DNA from: Candidatus Elulimicrobiales bacterium
GTDB taxonomy: Bacteria; Patescibacteriota; Minisyncoccia; Phycocordibacterales; UBA5272
Direction of reading: 5' to 3'
NCBI GenBank assembly: GCA_034927475.1
Contig: JAYFPW010000006.1
Span: 9,197 to 73,196 of the forward strand
Length of the DNA stretch: 64,000 nucleotides
The notes beneath the pieces were generated by a model. The model had not been told where the DNA came from and searched no databases. It saw nothing but the letters and a program-made list of their open reading frames with translations. Positions within the stretch are counted from its first letter, which is position 1. Each line of letters begins with the position of its first letter. Positions 47,990 through 56,772 of this stretch are shown one piece after another. Position numbers and translations under genes: made by a program.

Positions 47990-48100
47990 AAAAGCTCTAA
48001 GCACCCTTACTTATATATTTATATTATAAACGACATTTTATAAAAGACAAGTTTTCATAAAGGACAAGATGGGGATAACTTCTTTGTTAAGTTTGTTAAA
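47990..48100. repeat. Inverted copy of dispersed promoter-proximal repeat (DnaA-box-like TTATCCCCA + TGTCCTTTAT/TGTCTTTTATAAAA/TGTCGTTTATAATATAA + 5'UTR hairpin)
   Basis: Its reverse complement matches 62213-62320 at ~90% over >100 bp. It sits upstream of the minus-strand BNR gene. Confidence 0.6.
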
Positions 48101-48153
48101 GATAAACTTTTACTTTTTATTTTTTTATATATACTTATATTTGTAAACACAGT

Positions 48154-48690
48154 ATGAATTATTATAAGAGTATTATCTATATTTCGCTTTTAGCTCTCAC
48201 AGTCAGTGTGGGAGTTACTTTTGCGCAAACTACAACCCCAGCTTCTTCTACAGAAGAGACTTCTGTAGAAGTCTCTTTACCTATGGATAAATCAGAATTT
48301 CTTTTATATTATGGTATTACTGAAAAAGATGAGATAAATACGGAAATTGCGACCTTAAGAAAAGATTTTATTCAAAAAGTCGAAAATTTAAAGACTGAAT
48401 ATCAAAAAAACTTTGAAAAAACAGTTCAAAATCAAGATTTAAAACTTCCTAATTCTACTCAAGTAGAAAATGTTGAATCAGAAAAATCTGAAACAACTAA
48501 AGCTGAAGCTTCGAAAAGATCTATAGAAATAAAGCCTCTTCAAAGCAAAACCACTACTGCAAAAGTCACTTTGACAGATAAAAAAGAAATATTAATGGCT
48601 CCTATTATAAATATTACCAGCACTAAAGCTACTCCATACACAGAAAATAGTTCTTGGTTCCAAAAAATAAAATCATTGTTCAAGTGGTAA
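48154..48690 (+). CDS. Secreted hypothetical protein
   Basis: 178 aa with a signal peptide (IIYISLLALTVSVGVTFAQ) and a T/S/E/K-rich low-complexity body. Confidence 0.45.
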   Translation: MNYYKSIIYISLLALTVSVGVTFAQTTTPASSTEETSVEVSLPMDKSEFLLYYGITEKDEINTEIATLRKDFIQKVENLKTEYQKNFEKTVQNQDLKLPNSTQVENVESEKSETTKAEASKRSIEIKPLQSKTTTAKVTLTDKKEILMAPIINITSTKATPYTENSSWFQKIKSLFKW

Positions 48691-48760
48691 AATAAAAGGA
48701 CAGAAAAAAGACTTTCAGATACATTGAAAGTCTTTTTCTTTATATTTTATAAGGTTTTTG

Positions 48761-48833
48761 TCGGAGTGCAGGGATTCGAACCCTGAGTCGCTGGTACCCA
48801 AAACCAGAATGTTAGCCGTTACACCACACTCCG
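48761..48833 (-). tRNA. tRNA-Pro (anticodon TGG)
   Basis: Reverse complement is CGGAGTGTGGTGTAACGGCTAACATTCTGGTTTTGGGTACCAGCGACTCAGGGTTCGAATCCCTGCACTCCGA. It has a 7-bp acceptor stem, a TTCGAAT T-loop, and a TTTGGGT anticodon loop. Confidence 0.8.
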
Positions 48834-48894
48834 TTATTTTATTTTAAATCTTGCAGAATATTTTGTAGACACAGTTGTTGACTAGTTTATTTGC

Positions 48895-48930
48895 AAAACC
48901 AGTCTATGTTAGCCACTACACCACACTCTG
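48895..48930 (-). repeat. Partial duplicate of the 5' half of tRNA-Pro (36 nt, ~85% identity)
   Basis: aaaaccagtctatgttagccactacaccacactctg matches aaaaccagaatgttagccgttacaccacactccg at 48800-48833. It is truncated at the anticodon stem. Confidence 0.5.
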
Positions 48931-48985
48931 AATGAATACTATTTTATCACAAATCTATTTGTAATTCAATTGTTGCCAAAGATTT

Positions 48986-49411
48986 TTAAAGAATAAATTC
49001 TTCATAGAATCTTATTTTAGCTTGTTTGGTATTTACATTTAAAAATACAATTATAGCCATGACTTTTATATCTATTTCCCCTTCCGATATTTTTCTAAAA
49101 GACAAATAATGTTTTATAGCTTTTAATATTCTTTGTCTTTTAGTTTTGGTTAGATTATTTTCTGGAGAATAAGCAAAATCATTTATTTTCTCGAAACTAG
49201 CTATTTTTTTAGTTTTTACCTCTATAAAAGCTAGGTTTTGTAGTTTCACGTGTAAATATTTTTGTCTTTCATTGAAATTCTTGCTAGCAATAATGTCTAT
49301 TTCCCCTCCTTTCACGTGAAAATTCCTTTCAATTATAGAGAAATCTTTATTTTTTAAATATTTCACAGCTAATTCTTCACCCAATTTACCTATTTCATTA
49401 TGTTCAGCCAT
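48986..49411 (-). CDS. yraN: YraN/UPF0102-family predicted endonuclease
   Basis: 141 aa with GKLGEELAVKYLKNKDFSIIERNFHVKGGEIDIIA...FIEVKTKK, matching the UPF0102 pattern. Confidence 0.7.
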   Translation of the reverse strand: MAEHNEIGKLGEELAVKYLKNKDFSIIERNFHVKGGEIDIIASKNFNERQKYLHVKLQNLAFIEVKTKKIASFEKINDFAYSPENNLTKTKRQRILKAIKHYLSFRKISEGEIDIKVMAIIVFLNVNTKQAKIRFYEEFIL

Positions 49412-49435
49412 ATATTCATCTTTATTTTATCATAA

Positions 49436-49463
49436 GTTTCACATGAAATTTTCATGTGAAATC
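49436..49463. promoter_or_regulatory. Perfect 25-bp palindrome TTTCACATGAAA-T-TTTCATGTGAAA; core of a cluster of TTTCAC(A/G)TGAAA sites
   Basis: Additional half-sites are at 49596-49607, 49531-49545 (TTTTACGTGAAAA), 50680-50691, and inside yraN at ~49245 and ~49308 (TTTCACGTGAAA). All lie in or near the yraN-ung divergent region. Confidence 0.45.
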
Positions 49464-49885
49464 ACTTTTTAAGTAAAATATTTAATTTAGAAATTAAAAA
49501 ATAATGTTTGTTTTTAGAATAAACAAAAACGTTTTACGTGAAAAATAAGAAAAACAAAAGAAAAAATAGTAGAACTATAGGAATTAATATTTTTGTTTCA
49601 CATGAAACAAAAAAGACATAAAATTGAGCAAAAAAGCCTTAAAAATAAAGACTTAAGGAATAAGCCTTATTTTAAGGACTTATTTGAAATAAACCTAGTG
49701 TCTTTTAGAAAATGTCTTTTAGAAAATGTCTCTTAAAAACATGTCGTTTATACACATTTGCACGGACTTTTCCACTATATTTTATAAAAGACAAGATTTT
49801 TTTCAAATGTCTTTTTGTTTAAAAAGTCTTTTATTATTCTTCAAATAACCTGAGAGAATATGCTAAGATTTTATATATAACAATT

Positions 49886-50587
49886 ATGAGTAACGATTCT
49901 AAATTTTTATCTAAAAAAGAAATTGTTCTAAATCCAGAATGGAAGCTGATTTTAAAAGATTTTTTCGATACTGAAGATTGGAAGAACTTAACTAGCTTCG
50001 TTAAGGAAGAATATTTAAATAAAAAACAAGAAATATATCCTGACCCCAAAAATCTTTTTAAAGCTTTTGATTTAACGCCATTCTCTAAAGTAAAAGTCAT
50101 AATTTTAGGACAAGATCCATATCACGATAAAGGACAGGCGCACGGACTTTGTTTTTCTGTTCCTGAAAATATTAATCTGCCACCATCTTTAAAAAACATT
50201 TATAAAGAAATAGAAAAAGATTTGAATATCAAAAAAGATTATACAAAAGGGAATTTAGAAAATTGGGCAAAAGAAGGAGTTTTTCTTTTAAATAGTATTT
50301 TAACTGTTATTGCTCATAATCCAGCTTCACATAGAAATAAGGGTTGGGAGAAATTTACTGATCACATAATTTCAATTTTGTCTGATAAAAGAGAAAATCT
50401 TGTCTTTTTGTTGTGGGGGAATTATGCTCGCAGCAAAAAAAGTCTTATAGACTCTAAACGACATTTAATTTTAGAATCCGTGCACCCATCACCATTTTCT
50501 GCAAATAACGGATTCTTTGGTTGTAAGCATTTTTCTAAAACTAACAAATATTTAAAAGAGTATAATATTAAAGAAATAAATTGGTAA
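49886..50587 (+). CDS. ung: Uracil-DNA glycosylase (family 1)
   Basis: Has GQDPYH and HPSPFS motifs; 233 aa. Confidence 0.9.
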   Translation: MSNDSKFLSKKEIVLNPEWKLILKDFFDTEDWKNLTSFVKEEYLNKKQEIYPDPKNLFKAFDLTPFSKVKVIILGQDPYHDKGQAHGLCFSVPENINLPPSLKNIYKEIEKDLNIKKDYTKGNLENWAKEGVFLLNSILTVIAHNPASHRNKGWEKFTDHIISILSDKRENLVFLLWGNYARSKKSLIDSKRHLILESVHPSPFSANNGFFGCKHFSKTNKYLKEYNIKEINW

Positions 50588-50784
50588 TTTTTTAATTTAC
50601 AAAAATAAATATCTTTCAAATTGCTTTCCGTTTTGCAAAAGATTTTTAAAAACTCTTTATTTTTAAATGTTTAATGATGTTTCACATGAAAGTTATAGTT
50701 ATAAACAGGGGAGTGTTCTCTAAAAATATTTTTTATGATATATTATTACAAGTCGCCTTCGTTATAGGCTTTGGTGTACTGAAT

Positions 50785-50855
50785 GCGGTGTTGGTTTAGT
50801 GGTAGAACACGTCCTTGCCAAGGATGAGACAGGAGTTCGATTCTCCTACGCCGCA
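50785..50855 (+). tRNA. tRNA-Gly (anticodon GCC)
   Basis: Sequence GCGGTGTtggtttagtggtagaacacgtccTTGCCAAggatgagacaggaGTTCGATtctcctACGCCGCa has cloverleaf pairing and a TTCGATT T-loop. Confidence 0.85.
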
Positions 50856-50896
50856 CAAAATAATCAATAATTATGATTTCTTCTTTTAATTTCAAT

Positions 50897-50967
50897 GCGA
50901 TATTGGTCTAATGGTATGACGCAAGCTTCCCAAGCTTGAAACAAGAGTTCGATTCTCTTATGTCGCA
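50897..50967 (+). tRNA. tRNA-Gly (anticodon CCC)
   Basis: Sequence GCGATATtggtctaatggtatgacgcaagcTTCCCAAgcttgaaacaagaGTTCGATtctcttATGTCGCa has a CAAGC/GCTTG anticodon stem. Confidence 0.8.
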
Positions 50968-51017
50968 CATAGTTAAGAGTTTATTGCTATTTTTTTGATT
51001 TTTATTATAATTATTAT

Positions 51018-51300
51018 CTCTTTCCCAAATGATTACAGATTTTATTTTTTTAAAATCTGAGGAAAGTCGGAACACATACCTCTTCTTTGAAAGTTAAAAA
51101 GGTAGCGGGTAACGCCCGTCCATCGTGAGATGAGAGTTGCGAACAGTGACGAACCTATTTATTTAGGGTGAAACGGCTAAATACTTACCTGTGTGTAAGG
51201 TCGTGCTTTGATTTATTTCAAAGAGTGCCGCTAGAATTTTGAAGTAATTCAAAATCCAGATAAATAATCATATAAACAGAATTCCGCTTATGTGAAAGAG
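51018..51300 (+). ncRNA. rnpB: RNase P RNA (bacterial type, minimal ~283 nt)
   Basis: P1 CTCTTTC/GAAAGAG, P2 ATGATT/AATCAT, a P3 hairpin, and the conserved blocks GAGGAAAGTCGG, GGTAACGCCCG, AGGGTGAAACGG and ACAGAATTCCGCTTAT (P4 strands). It is followed by a terminator. Confidence 0.75.
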
Positions 51301-51305
51301 AATAT

Positions 51306-51340
51306 GAAAAACCACTTGTTAAAGACAAGTGGTTTTTCTT
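51306..51340 (+). terminator. Rho-independent terminator after rnpB
   Basis: AAAAACCACTTGTtaaagACAAGTGGTTTTTCTTTT. Confidence 0.65.
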
Positions 51341-51363
51341 TTGAATCAAGATTTGTTAAATTA

Positions 51364-51687
51364 TTATTTAACGACTTTTTTAGTTGTTGTTTTCTTAGGA
51401 GAGGTCTTTTTTATTTCAACTTTTTTCGTTGTTGGTTTTTTAGCGACAACTTTTTTTACTTCAACTTTCTTTGTCTCATCTTTTTTAATTGGAGCCTTTT
51501 TAGGAATAACGATTGTCTCGTCAACTTCTTCAATTTCAGCAGCTAAAGCTTTATCTTTCAAAGAATTAATTGCTTTCATCGCGGAAGCTTTTTTTGTATA
51601 ACTTTCTGTCCAGAAAATAACTTCTTTTCTGTAAACAAATTGAACCCTAAAACCATTTTCATTCTTAATTAATTTAAATTTGTGCAT
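51364..51687 (-). CDS. DUF1508/YegP-family domain protein with lysine-rich histone-H1-like C-terminal tail
   Basis: The N-terminal ~55 aa (KFKLIKNENGFRVQFVYRKEVIFWTESYTKKASAMKAINSLKD) follows the YegP repeat pattern. The C-terminus is (K/T/V/P)-rich: KKVVAKKPTTKKVEIKKTSPKKTTTKKVVK. Confidence 0.65.
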   Translation of the reverse strand: MHKFKLIKNENGFRVQFVYRKEVIFWTESYTKKASAMKAINSLKDKALAAEIEEVDETIVIPKKAPIKKDETKKVEVKKVVAKKPTTKKVEIKKTSPKKTTTKKVVK

Positions 51688-51790
51688 AATGTTTAAAAAT
51701 TTTTAATACAGAGAATATTATAATACAGATTTCTTAAAAAAAGTTTTTTGTTTTACTTGTGTTAATTTTTATGCTAAAATACTTCTGAAT

Positions 51791-51861
51791 GCGGTGTTGG
51801 TTTAGTGGTAGAATACCTGCCTTCCAAGCAGGGGACAAGGGTTCGATTCCCTTACGCCGCA
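51791..51861 (+). tRNA. tRNA-Gly (anticodon TCC)
   Basis: Sequence GCGGTGTtggtttagtggtagaatacctgcCTTCCAAgcaggggacaaggGTTCGATtcccttACGCCGCa. Confidence 0.85.
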
Positions 51862-51890
51862 CAAAAAAATTTGCTAAACTATATTTAGCT

Positions 51891-51962
51891 GCTCCCGTGG
51901 TGAAATGGATATCACATCGGTCTTCGGAACCGCTGTTCTGGGTTCGAATCCTGGCGGGAGCA
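51891..51962 (+). tRNA. tRNA-Arg (anticodon TCG)
   Basis: Sequence GCTCCCGtggtgaaatggatatcacatcggtCTTCGGAaccgctgttctgGGTTCGAATcctggCGGGAGCa has a 7-bp acceptor stem and a TTCGAAT T-loop. The anticodon-stem call is less certain. Confidence 0.65.
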
Positions 51963-52100
51963 CTGAAAATTTTATTAAAGACAAAACTTAATATAAAAGT
52001 TGTCTTTTAGAAATATATCTTTTTAAGATGTCTTTTATATTTTTTGCTATATAATAGAAGCATTATTAATCTTAATTAAATATAAATATAAAAATTAAAT

Positions 52101-52496
52101 ATGTCATACATAACAAATATTGAAAAAGATACATTAGAAAATTCAAATTTTAGAAAAGTTCTCTTTACCGCAAAACATATGCAACTCGTAGTAATGAGCA
52201 TTCCAGTGGGAGGGGATATTGGAATGGAAACTCACGGAGATGTTGACCAATTTATTAGAGTAGAAAAAGGAAAAGCAAAATCTATCCTTAATGGAGTAGA
52301 AACAGAATTAGAAGATGATTTTTCAGTAATTGTTCCAGCTGGTACAGAACATAATATTGTAAATATTGGAGATGAAGATTTGAAAGTTTATACAATTTAC
52401 GCAAGACCTGAACATAAAAAAGGAACAATTCATACAACTAAAGAAGACGCAATGGCTAATGAGGAACATTTTGACGGTGCGACAGATGTAGAATAA
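52101..52496 (+). CDS. Cupin-domain protein
   Basis: 131 aa. The G(x)5HxH...E...H-like cupin motifs (METHGDVDQFIRVEKG; VPAGTEHNIVN) follow the RmlC-like cupin pattern. Confidence 0.65.
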   Translation: MSYITNIEKDTLENSNFRKVLFTAKHMQLVVMSIPVGGDIGMETHGDVDQFIRVEKGKAKSILNGVETELEDDFSVIVPAGTEHNIVNIGDEDLKVYTIYARPEHKKGTIHTTKEDAMANEEHFDGATDVE

Positions 52497-52519
52497 AAAA
52501 TAAAATAAAATGAAAACAG

Positions 52520-54022
52520 ATGACAAATATTTCACAAGAAACGATAAATAAAAAAAATATTCCTGAAGAAGTTCTTTGGGTGTGTGAAATGTTGTCAAAA
52601 AATAACTTCGATAGTTATTTGGTTGGGGGTTGTGTTAGAGATTTATTTCTTTCACGTGAACCAGGAGACTGGGATATCACAACTAATGCAACTCCAGACG
52701 AGATAATTAACATTTTTGGTGAAGATGAAACGGTTTATGAAAATCCTTTTGGAACTGTTGGTGTAAAAATAAGAAAAAATGATAGTGAAACGGAAGAAGT
52801 TGAAATCATAGAAGTTACAACTTATAGAAAAGAAGGAGAATATGAAGATTTTCGTAGACCAAATAAATTAGAATGGGGTAAAACCATAGAAGAAGATTTA
52901 GAGAGAAGGGATTTCACAATGAATGCTATAGCTTATAATCCTATAAACGACATTCTAAAAGACATTTATAAAGGACAAAATGATATAAAGGACAAAATTA
53001 TTAGAACAGTCGGAGAGGCGGAAGAAAGGTTTAATGAGGACGCTCTTCGCATGCTTAGAGCTGTACGCTTTTCAGCTCAATTGAATTTTGTGATTTCTAA
53101 TGAAACCTTAGAGGCTATTTTTCGCTTGGCATCAAATTTAGAAAAAATCTCTAAAGAAAGAATTCGTGATGAATTCATAAAAATAATTATGTCTTCTAAT
53201 CCAATGCAAGGATTACTCATTTCACAAAAATTGGGAATGTTGAAATATATTTCATCTGAGTTAGAAAGTGCCGTTGGAATAGAACAAAACGGACACCACG
53301 CTTTTGATGTTTTCGAGCATTCTCTTCGATCTTTGAATCACGCGGCTTCTCGGGAGTTTGATTTAGAAATTAAGTTAGCAGCTTTGTTCCACGATATCGG
53401 AAAAGTTAAAACCAGAAGATTTGATGAAACGAAAAAAGATTACACTTTTTATGGACATGAAGTGGTTAGCGAAAGAGTGACTAAGAAAATTTTAGAAGAA
53501 TTAAAAGTAGAAAAGAAAGTTATAGAAAAAACTTGTAAGCTAGTGCGATATCATATGTTCTTTTCTGATCCGAATGAAGTTAAGCTTTCTTCTGTCAGGA
53601 GACTTATTGTAAATATCGGAAAAGAAAATATTTGGGATTTAATTAATCTAAGACTTTGCGATAGAATGGGATCTGGAACAAAGAAAGAAGAACCTTGGAG
53701 ACTGCGAAAATTTGAAAGCATGATAGAAGAAGCTCTTCGTGATCCGATTTCTCTCAAAACTTTAAAAATAGATGGAGAAAAAATTATGACTATTCTAAAT
53801 GAAAAACCAGGGAAAAAGATTGGGTTAATTTTGCACGCGCTTTTTGAAGAAGTGATAGACAATGCATCCAAAAATAATTTAGAATATTTAGAGAAGAGGG
53901 TTTTAGAATTAAATAAATTAAGTGAGATAGAATTAGAAAGTTTAGGAACTTCTGGAAAAGATAAAATGCAAAATTTAAACGAAGAAGAATTGGTAGAAAT
54001 AAAGAAAAAGTTTAAAGTTTAA
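52520..54022 (+). CDS. cca: CCA-adding tRNA nucleotidyltransferase with HD domain
   Basis: Has GGCVRDLFLSREPGDWDITT (polβ-type NTase head), RDFTMNAIAY, and HD motifs (HHAFDVFEHS, LFHDIGK); 500 aa. Confidence 0.85.
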   Translation: MTNISQETINKKNIPEEVLWVCEMLSKNNFDSYLVGGCVRDLFLSREPGDWDITTNATPDEIINIFGEDETVYENPFGTVGVKIRKNDSETEEVEIIEVTTYRKEGEYEDFRRPNKLEWGKTIEEDLERRDFTMNAIAYNPINDILKDIYKGQNDIKDKIIRTVGEAEERFNEDALRMLRAVRFSAQLNFVISNETLEAIFRLASNLEKISKERIRDEFIKIIMSSNPMQGLLISQKLGMLKYISSELESAVGIEQNGHHAFDVFEHSLRSLNHAASREFDLEIKLAALFHDIGKVKTRRFDETKKDYTFYGHEVVSERVTKKILEELKVEKKVIEKTCKLVRYHMFFSDPNEVKLSSVRRLIVNIGKENIWDLINLRLCDRMGSGTKKEEPWRLRKFESMIEEALRDPISLKTLKIDGEKIMTILNEKPGKKIGLILHALFEEVIDNASKNNLEYLEKRVLELNKLSEIELESLGTSGKDKMQNLNEEELVEIKKKFKV

Positions 54023-54026
54023 AATA

Positions 54027-54052
54027 AAAAACCGCGTAAGCGGTTTTATTCT
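54027..54052. terminator. Bidirectional terminator between convergent cca and 54046-54378
   Basis: AAAAACCGCgtaaGCGGTTTTATT. Confidence 0.6.
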
Positions 54053-54378
54053 TTGATGAAGAACGGTAAAGAAACATAATCGTAAAGGTAGTTTCCGGCA
54101 TTTTTGTTGTGAGCAGGATATTCACCCTTATCGACGTAATTTTTTCCCATTGTACTTCTGGCGATCTTTTTCCAGAGTTGAAACATTTGAGTTTTTCTGA
54201 TTGTAACTTTTCTTTTTTGCACCCACCAAGCTAAAATATCTGAAGCAGAGTGAATTTCGGAAGGGAGATTGTGGTTGTAAGCCTTACTTCCTTCTATCAG
54301 AGCTTCGTCTATTACCCGTGTGTCAAAATCAGAGATGATCTTTTGTACATCAATCTTCTTAAAATTTTTAGTTTTCAT
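54046..54378 (-). CDS. Hypothetical protein
   Basis: 110-aa ORF between terminators. No recognisable motif. Confidence 0.35.
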   Translation of the reverse strand: MKTKNFKKIDVQKIISDFDTRVIDEALIEGSKAYNHNLPSEIHSASDILAWWVQKRKVTIRKTQMFQLWKKIARSTMGKNYVDKGEYPAHNKNAGNYLYDYVSLPFFIKE

Positions 54379-54477
54379 ATAAAGAACAATTTAAAGGTTT
54401 ATAATCTAGGCGAATTATGACAAAAATAAAAAAGTTTAGCAAGTGCTGAAAAAGTTGCTATAATCTTTATTACGACT

Positions 54478-56121
54478 ATGATTCTTACTCCATTACAAAA
54501 TAAAATTCTAGAACAAAAAGGATTTGATTTAGAGAATAAAGCTGAGCTAGAAAAATTTTTATTTCCAAATTGGGATAGAGATTTGTTGGATACAAAAAAA
54601 ATAAAAGACATAGACAAAAGCATCAAAAGAATTAAAAAGGCGATAGATGAAAATGAAAAAATTATTATCTATGCAGACTACGATTGCGATGGAATACCAG
54701 GAGCGGTAATTTTAAATGATTTTTTTGAAAAGATAAATTATAAAAATTTTTCAGTTTATATTCCACACAGACACAATGAAGGCTATGGTTTAAATAAAAA
54801 TGCGATTCAGAAATTTATTGAAGCCGAAGTTTCTTTACTTATTACAGTAGATGTCGGTATTACCAATTTAGAAGAAATAAAATTTGCAGAAGAAAATGGA
54901 ATTAACGTAATTGTCACAGATCATCATCTCCCAATTTTAGACGATAAAGCTAAACAGATTTTACCTAAAGCTTTTTCTATAATAAACACAAAGCAAATAG
55001 GAGATAAGTCCGAAGAAAAGTTTTTGTGTGGAGCTTCGACTGCTTGGAAATTGGTGAATGCTTTTTTAAATAAATATAGAAAAGAATTTGGTATAGGGGA
55101 AGGATGGGAAAAATGGTTGCTGGACATGGTGGGGATTGCAACTATTGCTGACTTGGTGCCTTTAAAAAATGAGAATAGATTATTGGCTAAATATGGTTTG
55201 GCGGTTTTAAAAAAAACTAGACGCCCAGGTCTTTTAAGAATTCTTAGTAATGCAAAAGTTAATCAGAAAAAAATAAATGAAGATGATATAGCTTTTGCTT
55301 TAGCTCCTAGAATAAATGCGGCTTCTCGTATGGCTGAGCCAATACACGCTTTTTATGCTTTACTTCAAAATGAAGAAGCTGTTAATTATGCGAATGAATT
55401 AGAAAAATATAATTCTGCCAGAAAGCAAGAATCTAAAGACGCAGAGACTATTATTGATTATGAAAAATTTTCCGAAGAAAAAATAATTTTGATTGGTGAT
55501 GAAAAGTGGACACCTGGAATAATTGGATTAGTTGCTAGTAGAGTTTGTGAGACAGTCAAGAAGACAACTTTTGTCTGGGGAGTAGGGGAAGATGAAAATA
55601 TTTTAAAAGGATCTGTGAGAGCAGGAGAAGATGGATACAATGTGGTAGAAATCATGACAAGTTGTCAGTATCTTTTTGAAAATTTTGGTGGACATGAGAT
55701 GGCTGGTGGATTTGCAATTCATAAAAATAATTTAGGAAAGTTTCAGGAATTTTTAAGAGAATATAAAATTGAAAGAAAAGAAAATCAAGAAATAGAAGAG
55801 AAGAAAAATTTAGAATTTATTGATATAGAGATTAAAGATGTAAATAGAAAACTTTTTGACCAAATAAAAATTTTTGCTCCGTTTGGAATGCAAAACGAAA
55901 AAATAATTTTTAAAATAAAATTAAAAGAAAATGATTTTGTTCAAAGTAAGAGATTCGGTAAAAATTTAGAACACTTAGAAATTTCTATTAATGGAATTCG
56001 AGGTATAGAATTTTTTGTCAGCGAAGAGAGAGAAAATAAACTTTTAGCTCAAAAAGAATTTTTAATAAATTTGGAATGGGATAATTTTCGAGGAGACATT
56101 GTGATGAGATTTGTAAAATAA
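54478..56121 (+). CDS. recJ: Single-stranded-DNA-specific exonuclease RecJ
   Basis: DHH motifs (IIYADYDCDGIPGAV, VIVTDHHLP) and a DHHA1 domain (GGHEMAGGF). Confidence 0.9.
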   Translation: MILTPLQNKILEQKGFDLENKAELEKFLFPNWDRDLLDTKKIKDIDKSIKRIKKAIDENEKIIIYADYDCDGIPGAVILNDFFEKINYKNFSVYIPHRHNEGYGLNKNAIQKFIEAEVSLLITVDVGITNLEEIKFAEENGINVIVTDHHLPILDDKAKQILPKAFSIINTKQIGDKSEEKFLCGASTAWKLVNAFLNKYRKEFGIGEGWEKWLLDMVGIATIADLVPLKNENRLLAKYGLAVLKKTRRPGLLRILSNAKVNQKKINEDDIAFALAPRINAASRMAEPIHAFYALLQNEEAVNYANELEKYNSARKQESKDAETIIDYEKFSEEKIILIGDEKWTPGIIGLVASRVCETVKKTTFVWGVGEDENILKGSVRAGEDGYNVVEIMTSCQYLFENFGGHEMAGGFAIHKNNLGKFQEFLREYKIERKENQEIEEKKNLEFIDIEIKDVNRKLFDQIKIFAPFGMQNEKIIFKIKLKENDFVQSKRFGKNLEHLEISINGIRGIEFFVSEERENKLLAQKEFLINLEWDNFRGDIVMRFVK

Positions 56122-56233
56122 TAGTTCTTATAAGAAATAACATAAAAGAGGTATTTTAAAACGGGCCCAGCAAGTGAAAGTCAAAAAATATTCTTTGTTT
56201 TTTAGAGATATCTAAATATGCTAAAATGTTTTT

Positions 56234-56764
56234 ATGAAATTGACTTTCTATACCGATGGGGCGAGTCGCGAAAATCCTGGAAGGGGAGGTTGGGGTGTTT
56301 ATGCGGAAATTTTAGGTAGCGGTGGAGAAGAGAAAACTTTTAAACTCTCTGGCGCAAATCCATACACGACTAATAATAGAATGGAATTAACAGCCTGTAT
56401 ACAAGCTTTAAGATTTTTAGACATGGTAGTTTTAAATAAATATTTTGTAGATAAAAAAAATCTAGGAAAAGAATTTTTAGTAACCATAAAAACAGATTCT
56501 CAATATGTAAAAAAAGGAATAACTGAATGGATAGAAAATTGGCAAAAAAATAATTGGAAGGGAGCAAATAAAAAACCAGTTTTAAATAAAGAGCTTTGGC
56601 AAAAGTTTTTAAAAATAAAAAATACTATTAACGATAAACTTTTAGAAAATAATTTTCCGGAAATTAAATTTGAATATGTAGCTGGACACGCTGGAATTAA
56701 AGGAAATGAGATCGCTGACGAACTTGCGACAGAAGCAGCAGATAAATTATTAGCTGAAGAATAA
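56234..56764 (+). CDS. rnhA: Ribonuclease HI
   Basis: Has FYTDGASRENPGRGGWGV, TDSQYVKKGI, and AGHAGIKGNEIADELA. Confidence 0.9.
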   Translation: MKLTFYTDGASRENPGRGGWGVYAEILGSGGEEKTFKLSGANPYTTNNRMELTACIQALRFLDMVVLNKYFVDKKNLGKEFLVTIKTDSQYVKKGITEWIENWQKNNWKGANKKPVLNKELWQKFLKIKNTINDKLLENNFPEIKFEYVAGHAGIKGNEIADELATEAADKLLAEE

Positions 56765-56772
56765 AATTATCC

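Noticed and set aside
51292-51601. Two overlapping plus-strand ORFs (84 and 90 aa)
   Set aside because: Overlap the rnpB terminator and are antisense to the DUF1508 gene, whose N-domain is recognisable. Phe/Leu-rich shadow of a K-rich gene.
51789-52010. 73-aa plus-strand ORF
   Set aside because: Completely overlaps tRNA-Gly(TCC) and tRNA-Arg. The tRNA cloverleafs are a far better explanation.
52920-52990. aaaggacat / aaaggacaaaat repeat-like strings similar to the intergenic iterons
   Set aside because: They lie inside the cca coding frame (NDILKDIYKGQNDIKDKII). A codon-usage coincidence in a K/D-rich segment, not a repeat copy.
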